A stretch of 33,280 nt of DNA, from assembly GCF_001194135.2 (NCBI RefSeq), contig NC_068991.1, forward strand, positions 65,805,592 through 65,838,871, read 5' to 3'. The notes under the pieces were generated by a model. It was given only the letters and a program-made list of their open reading frames with translations, was not told the origin of the DNA and searched no databases. The stretch is from Octopus bimaculoides. Its lineage: Eukaryota. Of this stretch, positions 11,785-24,400 are shown piece after piece; the stretch's first letter is position 1; each line of letters opens with the position of its first letter. The position numbers and the translations under genes are program-made.

Positions 11785-12360
11785 GAGGTTGAGAAAGCCT
11801 TATCTGAAATTTCTGGGACCAAAAGTGTTATGAATTTGGGATTTTTTTGAATTTCAGAATATTTTGTATTTGCATCTATAAAATTGGATGGCTTGAGGAT
11901 GGGAGTCAAGTGTTTAAATGCAATATCCATGTGCATCTCGGTCACCTGCTTCACATTTACACTGCTGTCAAGTTTTCTTCATCAACTGAACTTTCTATTT
12001 TATAGATAAACATAAAGGTTTTTCTCCTTTTCTTTTCACTCTTACCCATTGAGGTATCTCCAGGCCATTTTCAACATTCTCCACGATATATTCGCAATAT
12101 CTTCACATCACAGTGTGCAAAACAAGCAGTAATCGCATTGAGTAACAAGCAAAGGTGTTATTGGATGACTTGCTGACAACAAACTACTGTCAAGTGGACA
12201 ACTTACCTGAGCTGGGGAAGCCTCACTTGGGGTAGGTGAGGTAATGTGTTATAATGGCACACAACAGCTGTACTTGGTGGAACCTGCCCAGAACTTTGTG
12301 TCAACATTCAAAAAAATTTCTTTCAGATTCTGGAATTTCAAATAAAGATGGCTATGGTTG
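11785..12360. mobile_element. Non-autonomous pogo/Tigger-like DNA transposon remnant
   Basis: Left end aggttgag..ccttatctgaaat..tgggaccaaaagtgtt..gatttt resembles my recollection of Tigger4-type termini; right end tcaaaaaaatttc..cagattctggaatttc is similarly decayed. No search run. Confidence 0.45.
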
Positions 12361-13417
12361 ATGAGAGACTGCAAGTGGAACCCTTCTGTAGGTGAAGAGT
12401 ACAGGCTAAAGGGCAAAACGCTTGTGACCCTGAGATACCAGCTTCCAGTATTGCAATGGATTTAGAAGAGCTTGCAAAACCTCTGAGCTCCTGCAGGTTT
12501 TGCATGGGGAAAAACATCTCTGATGTTTATTTCACATGTATGTATGTATGTATGTATGTATGTATGTTATCAATCAGTTTCATTTTTGTATTTCTTGTCA
12601 ATAGAGAAAGAGCCGGACTCTAACATTCAAGGCTCCTTCATTGGAACTTTTATAAACATCATCTAGGTATTTGTGCATATGTGTGTGTGTGTGCAGTATT
12701 TGATGTTAGTGTATGCGCAGATTTGTATGTTTGTTTTATGGATGCGTTTTTATGTATATATTTTCATGTCTAGGCGTATGCATATGTATTTATGTGCTAA
12801 ATTTTTGGAAAGTTTTACATATTTTTACAGTTCNNNNNNNNNNNNNNNNNNNNNNNNNNNNNNNNNNNNNNNNNNNNNNNNNNNNNNNNNNNNNNNNNNN
12901 NNNNNNNNNNNNNNNNNNNNNNNNNNNNNNNNNNNNNNNNNNNNNNNNNNNNNNNNNNNNNNNNNNNNNNNNNNNNNNNNNNNNNNNNNNNNNNNNNNNN
13001 NNNNNNNNNNNNNNNNNNNNNNNNNNNNNNNNNNNNNNNNNNNNNNNNNNNNNNNNNNNNNNNNNNNNNNNNNNNNNNNNNNNNNNNNNNNNNNNNNNNN
13101 NNGTACATAAAATATTAGTTATAAAACAATATAGTAAAAAGATGAGACAATTCATGATGTGAATAAAATAATTTATTTTGAAATATTTACAGTTTAGAAG
13201 TATATTTCAACTCCCATATCACAGAAATTTGATGCTTCTGAAGATTGCCAATATAATTTTTTATGAAACAGTCTTTTGAAAATGCTTCAGATATCTGTTC
13301 ATTAATTGACTAATAACTGATGAATTTTTCATCCAGCTGTCTACAGTATACTATATGTATATCAATATATGTTATCTATATACATTTGTTGGTTTAAGAA
13401 ATAAGATGAGTCTATAG

Positions 13418-13453
<36 letters not shown>

Positions 13454-13923
13454 TTTGCTTTACCAATTATATGTATAAATTTGCTTATTTATATGTAAAG
13501 TAAACAGGGAAATTACTATATATACACACATACATGATGATTGCCTCATCTTGTCAGATAATCGTTGTTTCACATTAAAAAATGATAGTGAGACACCTAA
13601 ATACCATTGGGTTTAAGAGAAAAGCTTGCACAACACTTTTGCTATTCTCTTGGTCACTGTAGTGTGTTCCAGTGACAAGCATTGCAAGAAGACTGGTGTT
13701 ATTCCGACTGCAAGTTTCATGTCAGAGTTGCTTTCTCCAATTTATGTATACTGCTAATGTGTATATATATATATATGTAGGTAAAAAAATTAATGAGTGC
13801 ATGCATTACTTAAATAATATTTTCAGGGTTAAATAAAAAGACAACAAATGGAAAATATGACAGACATATATATATATATATAGATATAATTCAAAAGATG
13901 TGCAGTAAATAAATAAACAAACA

Positions 13924-14107
13924 TATACTAAATACACAGGTGAACAGAAAACACACTAGGTCACCAATTCTTCATCATTTATCGACCAGAGGGTCAAACG
14001 CATTTTCAGCCATTATCGATACGATAATGGTCTTTGAGCCTCTGGCCGATAACTGATGAAGAATTGGTGACCTAGTGTGTTTTCTGTTCATCTGTGTATT
14101 TAGTGTA
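13924..14107. repeat. Long inverted repeat (fold-back): 75-bp arms, 34-nt spacer
   Basis: 13924-13998 pairs with 14033-14107 at 70/75 positions; the spacer contains its own 9-bp hairpin ccattatcg-ata-cgataatgg. Confidence 0.9.
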
Positions 14108-14249
14108 CATTGGTATGCTTATTTACTACACGTTTTTGAATTATATATACATAGGTCTGTCATATTTTCCGTTTGTTGTCGATTTATTTAATCTTACATG
14201 TGTGTGTGTGTGTGTGTGTGTGCACATATATATATGTGTATATGTATAT

Positions 14250-14387
14250 GGCGTTAGGAAGGGCATCCAGCTGTAGAAACTCTACCAAATCAGATTGGAG
14301 CCTGGTGTAGCCATCTGGTTTCACAAGTCCTCAGTCAAATCGTCCAACCCATGCTAGCATGGAAAGCGGACATTAAACGATGATGAT
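14250..14387 (+). repeat. (GAT)n-tailed family A repeat (short, young)
   Basis: Near-identical to 25620-25760. Confidence 0.8.
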
Positions 14388-14816
14388 ATATATATATATG
14401 TATATATATGTATGAGTATATGTATATATATATACATGTATATATATATATATATGTATGTGTGTGTATATACATATATATATATATGTACTCATTGTTT
14501 TTATTCAATAAAAGTACATTTTTTCTTTTTCCCACGGGATTCAGATATTGTTTTTTTTCTTTTCACAGAATTTTAAATAATAAAGCTTTTATTCTGGCCT
14601 CACAATAGTAGTATCATTTTCTTTTGTTTGTCTGTGAAGTGTTTTCATCAAAAAAATATATCCTCATTCTCAAGTGGTATTTTACTCTCCACAAAGAGTA
14701 GATTTGTTCCAAATAGGATGTGTGTGTATATGTTTTCTGCGTTTACTTCTATGCAGTTTTGTTGTTTAGTTCAGGTTATTTCTGGTACCTAACTCACAAT
14801 TGTCTTTTTTTCCTGC

Positions 14817-15030
14817 GTAGTTGTTTCGGTCATTGAACTGCAAGCTTGTTTGGTAAGTGTTTTCAACAATTTTACTCAACAGATTGACCTCAGTACTTAA
14901 TTCTTTAAAGTCTGGTACTTATTTTATTGGTCTCTTTTGCCAAACCTCTAAGTTATAGGGATGTGAAGAAACCAACAACGGTTGTCAAGCAGTGATGTTG
15001 GTGCTGGTGGAGATTAACAGAGGCACAAAG
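14817..15030 (-). mobile_element. Bipartite SINE 3' half, diverged
   Basis: Colinear with 16920-17110. Confidence 0.6.
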
Positions 15031-15065
15031 ATACACATGCACACACACATCGTCTTCATAATTTA

Positions 15066-15159
15066 AGATATAAATATATATATGTATGTATGTGTTTGTA
15101 TATATATATGTATGTATATGTATCTATATATACATGCATATATATATGTGTGTGTATAT

Positions 15160-15198
<39 letters not shown>

Positions 15199-15735
15199 CA
15201 AATAGTAAATGAGTATATGCATATATACGTACAGGTATGTGCATACTGACATCCACCTGTATGTATAGGTGCATATATATCTGGGTACAGGACATTGCAA
15301 ACAAAATGTAGACGAGAAAACACACAAGCCACATAGAGAACATTCTTCTTCATCAGCTACCCCCGTTTTAACACCGGTGTTTCGAAGAGCTGGGCAGGAC
15401 GCATCGCTAAAACGGCTCTTCCCATGGACCGCAAATTAAATTTGTATACACAAATTAAACCTTGCCATGGAGGAATGTAGTGGCGGACAAAAAACAAGAC
15501 AAGAAAACAACAGAAAAGGCTATACAGCCAGACGGGAAAAATTATGTGTATGAACGCTGTATATATATGTATATGTATGCATGTATATATGAATATATAT
15601 ATTTATATACACAAACACACACATATATATTTATTTAGATGCACATATATATATGTATGTATGTATGTATATATATATGTGTGTATATGTATATATGTGT
15701 ATGTGTGTGTGTGTATGTATGCATATATATATATA
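15066..15735. repeat. (TA)/(TG)/(TATG) microsatellite fields interrupted by a unique block at about 15280-15545
   Basis: Direct reading. Confidence 0.85.
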
Positions 15736-15740
15736 AATGC

Positions 15741-15898
15741 AATGGGCTTCCACACAGTTTCCATTTACTGGATTCACTCATAAGGTATTGGTCAATCTGA
15801 GGCTGTAGTAGAAGACACCTGTCCATGATGTCACATGATGAGGCTGAACCTGAAACTGAGTGGTTGCAAAGCAAGCTTATTAACCAAAACAGCCATGC
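15741..15898 (-). mobile_element. Bipartite SINE head, diverged
   Basis: Colinear with 6433-6594. Confidence 0.65.
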
Positions 15899-16139
15899 CT
15901 AATTAGTTAAGGATTTAATTAGCTCGTAATAATATTTGTAGATTATTTTCTAGTGTTTGTTTAAATCTAACTGTGTTCCCAACAAAGATATATATACATA
16001 TACATAAAACAATATAAACACACACACACGCACCTGTACAAGCATACAGACACATACCTGCACATGCATACATACACACATATACAATCATACATACACA
16101 CATATACAATCATAGATATGCAAATCTGTATACATAGAT

Positions 16140-16442
16140 ATATGGTACCTTGCTGTACTCATGAAAATCCATCCACTACAACAGAATTGATGCCAATGCT
16201 GGTGTCTCATAAAAAGCGCTTGTGCTGGTGCCATGTTAAAAGCATTGGTACTGGTACCTCATAAAAAGCACCCAGTGGACTCTGTGGAGCGGCTAATGTT
16301 AGGAAGGGGCATCCAGCTGTAGAAATTATATCAGAATAGAGAATGGAGCCTGGTGCAGCTCCTAGTCTTACCAGTTTCAGTCAAATCGTCCATCCCATGC
16401 TGGCAGGTAACATGGACATTAAATGATGATGATGATGATGAT
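16140..16442 (+). repeat. (GAT)n-tailed family A repeat just downstream of the GTPase stop
   Basis: Family core with repeated aaaagcac units and GAT tail. Confidence 0.75.
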
Positions 16443-16613
16443 ACACATTATACACCATTAAACATACACACATGTACATATATACTCATACTTATGCACA
16501 CATGTACACATAAGTATATACTTATACATGTTCATCTACATCCTTAAATCCACACGTGCTCATACAAAATTGCTTACATAGATATTGAAGATAATTATAA
16601 TTGTCCAAATGTG

Positions 16614-16825
16614 TTAGCTTTGCTTTATCTCTGTGAGTTCCTCTCTCTTTCTTCGTGAACTTTTCCTTTTCCTGAATTCAGTGACAAGAGCGTTTAAAAG
16701 AGTAAGTGCTTCGTTGAAGCCATACCCTGATACAGAGGAAACACTTAGGATGAACCAATTTCTGTCTTTTAGTGTTGTATCTAGCATGAAATAATCCGAA
16801 ATGGCTGCAGTAGATATTGCCGATG
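16614..16825 (-). CDS. ARF-like GTPase coding exon 4 (last coding exon, stop TAA at 16616-16614)
   Basis: Strong acceptor ttttcttttcctcttttcAG; encodes SAISTAAISDYF...LKDRNWFILSVSSVSGYGF..., colinear with the ARF C-terminal RNWYI...CA.SG.GL segment. Confidence 0.92.
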
Positions 16826-17126
16826 CTGAAAAGAGGAAAAGAAAATTATATTAAACATGTGGTTTGCTTTAGGGGAGAGAATCTCTACTAGGTTAAACTG
16901 ATTTAAGTTGAAAAACATACTCTTTTACTTGTTTCAGTCATTTGACTGCGGCCATGCTGGAGCACCGCCTTTAGTCGAGCAAATCGACCCTAGGACTTAT
17001 TCTTTGTAAGCCTAGTACTTATTCTACCGGTCTCTTTTGCCGAACCGCTAAGTTACAGGGACATAAAAACACCAGCATCGGTTGTCAAGCGATGTTGGGG
17101 AGACAAACACAGACACACAAACATAT

Positions 17127-17189
<63 letters not shown>

Positions 17190-19270
17190 TACAATGGGCT
17201 TGTTTCAGTTTCCATCTACCAAATCCACTCCCAAGGCTTTGGTCGGCCTGAGGCTATAGTAGAAGACACTTGCCCAAGGTGCCACGCAGTGGGACCGAAC
17301 CCAGAACCATGTGGTTGGTAAGCAAGCTACTTACCACACAGCCATTCCTGCATCTATTTAATTTTTGCATATTTAATTTTTAATTCTTAATTTCATTTAT
17401 TTTTTTGTTACATAAAATAAAATAAAGTTCTTAAAAAGTTTTTAGCCCTTGGTAACCATGTATAGTCCTATTTCATCCTACTTTGGAATCATTGGCATGA
17501 CATAACTCTTGACACAAATTAATTAGGTTAAATTCAACATTCTATGAAATTTCTTAGAAAATGCAGAAGAAAGAAGGTAGTTCATATGTCTTCATGATGG
17601 TGCAATGTTAAAAGCACCTAGCACACACTGTAAAGTGGTTGACATTAGGAAGGACATCCAACTGTAGAAACCAAATGAAATAAGACTGAAATCTGTGTAG
17701 CTCTCTGGCTTGCCAGATCTGATCAAACCATCCATTCCATGCCAGCATGGAAAATGGATGTTAAAGGATGATGACGACAACGACAACGACGATGACGAGG
17801 AGGAGGAGGAAGAGGAGAAGGACTATGAAGAGCATCCAAATATAGAAACCATGTGAAAACAGACTGTAGACTTTGGCACAGTCCTCCGGCTTGCCAGTTC
17901 CTGTCAAACCATCCAGCCCATGCCAGCATGGAAGACAGATGTTAAATGATGATGATGATGATGATGATGATGACTACAACTACAATAACAATTACCACAG
18001 TGTCAATAAAAACAACAAGGACAAAAAAAAATATTTCTTTTCCAAATCCTCTCAACACATAGCTATGATGCTCCCTCCAGTACTTCTGCTCATGATCAGA
18101 GATGCACATATTGCCAGCCACTAAGGGACATGCTCAAGTGGTTAAGATCAAACAACTGACAAGCAAATCTTTGCTATTGAACAGAATATTTGCTATAATG
18201 ATATTTCTGCTTCAGCAACTCAATTCTGAATCTGCCTGAAATGTAATGGAAAATAAGTCAGTTTCAAAACATTGATGCTCAGGTCAGAAAAGCAATGTTT
18301 GAAGATAAGATTAGTAATTTCCTTTTGATTTCTAGATAGAGGCAAATAGGAAATAACACTTACTGACCAAAGACAAAAAAAGTAAAAATTTTGTCATACA
18401 GCATTATCATCATCATCGTTGTCATTATCGTCATAATCCACCCCTCTTCCTCCTCTTCCTTCCCATTTTTCTTCCTTTTCCACCTCTTCTTCCCCCTCCT
18501 CTTCTCCTTTCTCCCCTCCTCTTCCTCTATCTCCATCCTCTTACCCCTCATCCTCATGACATAAACTAGTTGACTTGTCCCACTTTATGAATATAAATTT
18601 CTTTTCCCTCAAACTGTAAATTTGTTTGACATTTTCAAAAGCATTCTCTTATGTCATTGCAATGACTGATGCCATAATTCAGGAAGGTTTTAAATTAAGA
18701 TCTCATGTTGATTGCTAATGACTTTATAACTTTAATCTCTCATTTACTTCTGATATTTGTGGGACCATTTGGGAGTAATTAGGGTACAATTGACCAGAGG
18801 TACTTTTGACATTTGTTATATGAAGCTTTCTTCTTAGGAGTTCTTAGTAGCCTGATGTTCCTGACCATAGCTCAAATTAAGATGGTGCTGGTGGTGATGG
18901 AGGTGATGATGGTGGTGGTGGTGGTGGTTTTGATGATGGCGGTGATTAAGTAAATTAACATGAAATTTTGAAGGAAGGTTGATGGTAATGGCAGAGATGT
19001 TGCTGTTATCATTACTACTGCTGCTGCTGCTGATGATGATGATGATTATGGTGGTGGTGGTGGTGGTGGTGATGGTGGTAATTGTAGTTATGGTGAGGAT
19101 GATGATGGTAGTAATGGGGGACATGATGATGATGATGATGATGATGACGATGACGATGACGACGATGATGATGATGATGATGATGGTGATGGTTGTGGTG
19201 GTGGCAGTGGTGGGGATAGTTACGGTGAAGATTGTAGTGGTGGTGAAGATAATGAGAATAGTGCTAATGG

Positions 19271-19301
<31 letters not shown>

Positions 19302-20417
19302 GATTATGAAGATGATGGTTGAGATAACGATGATAAAGGGGTAAAACGAGGGCTGCCACAGGTGGCACACCTTGTCTACACCCCTGCAGTTAAGCCAATG
19401 TAGACGTCACCAATGGAAGCGACTGATTCTCAATAGTAGAGAGAGCACAATTACTTACACAAGTCTTGTTTGTTTGCTAATATCAACACTGGGACCCCTT
19501 GCATTTCAGGATGTTGGATGACTCCTAAAAATTCTTTACAGCTTTCCTCCATCCGATGTGTATCACTGCTGTCAACTACGTAAATTAAGCCTGTAAAGAG
19601 ATATTGAACAGGATAAATGATATCGCATATTTAGTAATAAGGCATATTAATCTCATGCATTCATTAATATTGTTTGGTCATTAATAACGTCCCACTCTCA
19701 GTAATATCATATCCTCAGTAATAACATAGAGTCATATCATAACAGTGCAATATACTTATTGATATTATATGTTCAGCAAAGTGGCGAGCTGGCAGAAATG
19801 TTAGCATTCCGGGAAAAAATGCTTAGCAGTATTTTGTCTGTCTTTACATTCTGAGTTCAAATTCAATCAAGGTTAAACTTGCCTTTCACCCTTTTGGGCT
19901 CGACAAATTAAGTACCAGTTGCNNNNNNNNNNATCACATAGCCTATATCTTTTACTCAGTAATGATCCTTTCTACTAAAGGCACAAGGAAGGGCTGAAAT
20001 TTTGAGGGAGGGGACTAGTTAATTACATCAACCCCAGTGTTTCACTGGTACTTAATTTATTGACCCTAAAAGGATGAAAGGCAAAGTCGACCTCAGCAGA
20101 ATTTGAACTCAGAATGTGAAGAGAGATGAAATGCCACTAAGAATTTTCCCCAGAGTGCCAATAATTCTGCCAGTGCACTGCCTTCTTTTACTCAGGAATA
20201 ATGGTGTCAAATTTTGGCATAAGGCTAGCAAGTTCATCAAGCCCCGTGCTCAATTTTATCAACCCTGAAAGGATGAAAGGCAAAGCTGACCCCAGCAACA
20301 TTTGAACTCAAAATGTAAAGATGGATAAAACACTGCTAAGTATTTTGCCCAGCATGCTAACAATTCTGCCAGCTTGTTTTCCTCTTTCACTCCATAATAA
20401 TAATAATAATAATAATG

Positions 20418-20452
<35 letters not shown>

Positions 20453-21359
20453 TCACTGGGTAATATGCAAAAACCTGGACTTGCCCCATGATAAAAACTG
20501 GTGGGAACACAAACCACTCCCAGTACTTGAAAATGATCACATTGCACTCCTCTGGAACTTCACCATTCAAACTGACAGAAAGATAGACGCAAATAGGCCA
20601 GACATCATACTGAAAGACTTCAGACAAAAATCATGCCTCCTCATTGATATGACTGTCCCAATCGATATAAACGTATCTGTCAAGACCTACCAAAAACTGA
20701 GCAAATATAAAGATCTTGAAATAGAAATTAGCAAAATGTGGAATCTGAAGACGAAAACAATACCTATTGTCATANNNNNNNNNNNNNNNNNNNNNNNNNN
20801 NNNNNNNNNNNNNNNNNNNNNNNNNNNNNNNNNNNNNNNNNNNNNNNNNNNNNNNNNNNNNNNNNNNNNNNNNNNNNNNNNNNNNNNNNNNNNNNNNNNN
20901 NNNNNNNNNNNNNNNNNNNNNNNNNNNNNNNNNNNNNNNNNNNNNNNNNNNNNNNNNNNNNNNNNNNNNNNNNNNNNNNNNNNNNNNNNNNNNNNNNNNN
21001 NNNNNNNNNNNNNNNNNNNNNNNNNNNNNNNNNNNNNNNNNNNNNNNNNNNNNNNNNNNNNNNNNNNNNNNNNNNNNNNNNNNNNNNNNNNNNNNNNNNN
21101 NNNNNNNNNNNNNNNNNNNNNNNNNNNNNNNNNNNNNNNNNNNNNNNNNNNNNNNNNNNNNNNNNNNNNNNNNNNNNNNNNNNNNNNNNNNNNNNNNNNN
21201 NNNNNNNNNNNNNNNNNNNNNNNNNNNNNNNNNNNNNNNNNNNNNNNNNNNNNNNNNNNNNNNNNNNNNNNNNNNNNNNNNNNNNNNNNNNNNNNNNNNN
21301 NNNNNNNNNNNNNNNNNNNNNNNNNNNNNNACAACAACAACAACAACAACAACAATAAC

Positions 21360-21412
<53 letters not shown>

Positions 21413-24400
21413 TAATAATAATAATGATGATGATAGAAAAGTAGAAGATAATTTCAAGAAATTAAAAATTCTTCTTTATCATTTTTGATGTCCATTTTTC
21501 CATGTTTGCAGGGGTCAGATAGAATTTGTTGAGGCAGATTTTCTATAGCCAGATGGCCTTCCTGTTGCCAACCCTCACCTGTTATTTTCTTGTAGCCAGA
21601 CATAGTTCTAGTCTTCATGAAAGACTAGAAATGAACAACATTGCTTGTATGACAGTGATGCTCGTTAACAATGGATGAGGACAGTTGCATAAAGAAGTGC
21701 TGAGCTCTAACTGTGGAGGGTACCTGCAGAAAGGGTAGACGCAGGAGGATGTGGGATGAAGTGGTGAGAAAGGATCTTTGGATGCTGGGTCTCATTGAGG
21801 AAATGACAAGGGACCAGGAGATGTAGGGATTTGCTGTATAAGCTAAGTAAATCCCTTGTCTTTCACACATACAGGTTTGCCTTTCAGGTGCCGGTGCCAC
21901 TTAAAAGCACTCGTGCCAGTGCTGTGTAAATGCACCTGTGATTGTGACATGTAAAAAGCACCCAGCTCACTCTGTAAAGTGGTTAGAATTAGGAAGGGGC
22001 ATCCAGCTATAGAAACCTTGCCACAACTGACAGTTGGAGTCCAGTCAGCTCCCGGCTGGCCAGCACCATGTCAAACCATCCAACCCATGCCAACATGGAG
22101 ACTAGACGTTGAATGATGATGATGATGATGATGATGATGACGCACACACACATGTATGTGCATGTGGATCAGAAAAAAGAGACCAATAAGTATCAGACAT
22201 TAACTAAGTACTGGGATTGATTGGAATATGATAGTGCTCCAGCATGGCCGCAGTTCAATAACCAAAACAAGCAAAAAAGTAAAAAAATATGTGATTTAAC
22301 AGTGTGTTTGTGTGCATATGTGCATGTGTGTGAACATGTGTATGTTTGTGTGTATATGTCTATGTATGTGCATGTGCAAGTGTGTGTATGTGCATGTGTG
22401 TATATTTGTGTGCATGTGTATGTGTATGTATGTGTGTCTGTGTATGTACATGCATGTTTGTCTGTACATGTGTNNNNNNNNNNTATGTGTGTCTGTGTAT
22501 GTACATGCATGTTTGTCTGTACATGTGTGTGTTTATGTGTATGTTTGTGTATGCATGTGTGTGGATATGTGTCTATATTTGTGTGTGCGTCCATGTTTGT
22601 GTGTGTAAGTGTGTATTTGTGTATTTGCATCACAGACAATCAACACTGGTGTGGCCTCATAATCTGGAAATAAAGAAACGGTAACTCACCTATTGTATTC
22701 GAATAATAATGGTGCCACTGAGCACGACTTTTCTTGTGTCCACCAACTTCCCAGATAATCACATTAGTTCTATCCAGTTCAATCTGCTCCACATTAAACC
22801 CCAGGGTGGGAAGTGTCTTGATCTCTTGATTCAGCTTCATGTAATACAAACTTTTGGATTTACCTGTAATATGAAACAGATATATTAGAATTAAGAATTG
22901 TTTGAACATCATAGTCATGTAATTATTTTAATTGGTTTTTGATCCTTTACAGTGCAAGTAATTATTGTGTGCTGGATGAACGTTCTTTGATAGTTACACT
23001 TCATATCATTTTCGTTTTAAATCTAATTATCCATGATGATTAATTTCCTACTGCTAACAACTCAATGACTGTGGAAATTAAAGGCTGTTATATTAACATT
23101 ATGTAATATAATAATAAATGCGCCCTTTTAAAGCCTAGCCAGGATCATGGGCCCGGTTTCCCGGTTTCAATGGCGTATGTGTTCCCCCCCCCCCAGCTGG
23201 ACGGGACGCCAGTCCATTGCAGCGTTACTCATTTTTGCCAGCTGAGTGGACTGGAGCATTGTGAAATGAAGTGTTTTGCTCAAGAACACAACGCGTCGCC
23301 CGGTCCAGGAATCGAAACCACAATCTTACGATCATGATGTTGACACCCTAACCACTAAGCCACGCGCCTCCACTTATATTAACATTATGTAATATAATAA
23401 TAAATNNNNNNNNNNNNNNNNNNNNNNNNNNNNNNNNNNNNNNNNNNNNNNNNNNNNNNNNNNNNNNNNNNNNNNNNNNNNNNNNNNNNNNNNNNNNNNN
23501 NNNNNNNNNNNNNNNNNNNNNNNNNNNNNNNNNNNNNNNNNNNNNNNNNNNNNNNNNNNNNNNNNNNNNNNNNNNNNNNNNNNNNNNNNNNNNNNNNNNN
23601 NNNNNNNNNNNNNNNNNNNNNNNNNNNNNNNNNNNNNNNNNNNNNNNNNNNNNNNNNNNNNNNNNNNNNNNNNNNNNNNNNNNNNNNNNNNNNNNNNNNN
23701 NNNNNNNNNNNNNNNNNNNNNNNNNNNNNNNNNNNNNNNNNNNNNNNNNNNNNNNNNNNNNNNNNNNNNNNNNNNNNNNNNNNNNNNNNNNNNNNNNNNN
23801 NNNNNNNNNNNNNNNNNNNNNNNNNNNNNNNNNNNNNNNNNNNNNNNNNNNNNNNNNNNNNNNNNNNNNNNNNNNNNNNNNNNNNNNNNNNNNNNNNNNN
23901 NNNNNNNNNNNNNNNNNNNNNNTATAATATATATATATATATTTATTTATATATGCATATATATAACACTTCTGTCACAGGGGACCTTGAAGACTGCTAG
24001 AAAGCAGAAAAGTATACTAGTCCTTATATATTTAATATTCAATATTTCATTTATTCAATAAGACATTCAATACTTCATTTCATTTTACTATATATACTAT
24101 ATATTCCACATTCTATATCCCACATTAATTTTATAAGAATATTAATAAAACATAAAAAACAGTTGGAATTCTTTTGATACATATATATATACGTAAGTTC
24201 ACTAAGCCAACCTGTGTTATGCTGATGGATGACACAAAAATATCGGTGGCTATTCAAATTCCAAAAGATACTGTCGTACTCCAAATGAGCTGAATATTAT
24301 TTATCAATGGGCAGACGAAAAAAATTGGAAATTTTTATACATCAAAATTTCAGGTTCTTCATTACAGAGAGAATGCAAACAAATCACAAAAACAAAAATA

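Noticed and set aside
15340-15425. Minus-strand CTTC-GAAA-CACCGGTG-TT..CTGATGAAGAAG hammerhead-like boxes
   Set aside because: The boxes are in permuted order and no stem I can form between the segment after the cleavage triplet and the one before CTGATGA; not a complete ribozyme.
18834-19370. 178-aa and 121-aa poly-Ile/Thr or poly-Met/Val ORFs
   Set aside because: Translations of a compound trinucleotide microsatellite in intron 3.
22436-22530. About 40-bp direct repeat either side of a 10-N gap
   Set aside because: Most likely an unmerged contig overlap (assembly artefact).
23120-23373. Possible tRNA gene (A and B boxes)
   Set aside because: No clean cloverleaf or acceptor stem, and it continues into a SINE body with a tail and TSD.
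24212-24289. 78-nt phase 1-1 exon-like segment on the minus strand (..YFCVIHQHNT-G) that could join GKS of exon 2
   Set aside because: The exon at 29855-29936 supplies the canonical ATG and GLDDAG; this segment lacks the P-loop Gly, has a weak donor (GTTGGC), and its inclusion would break the P-loop.
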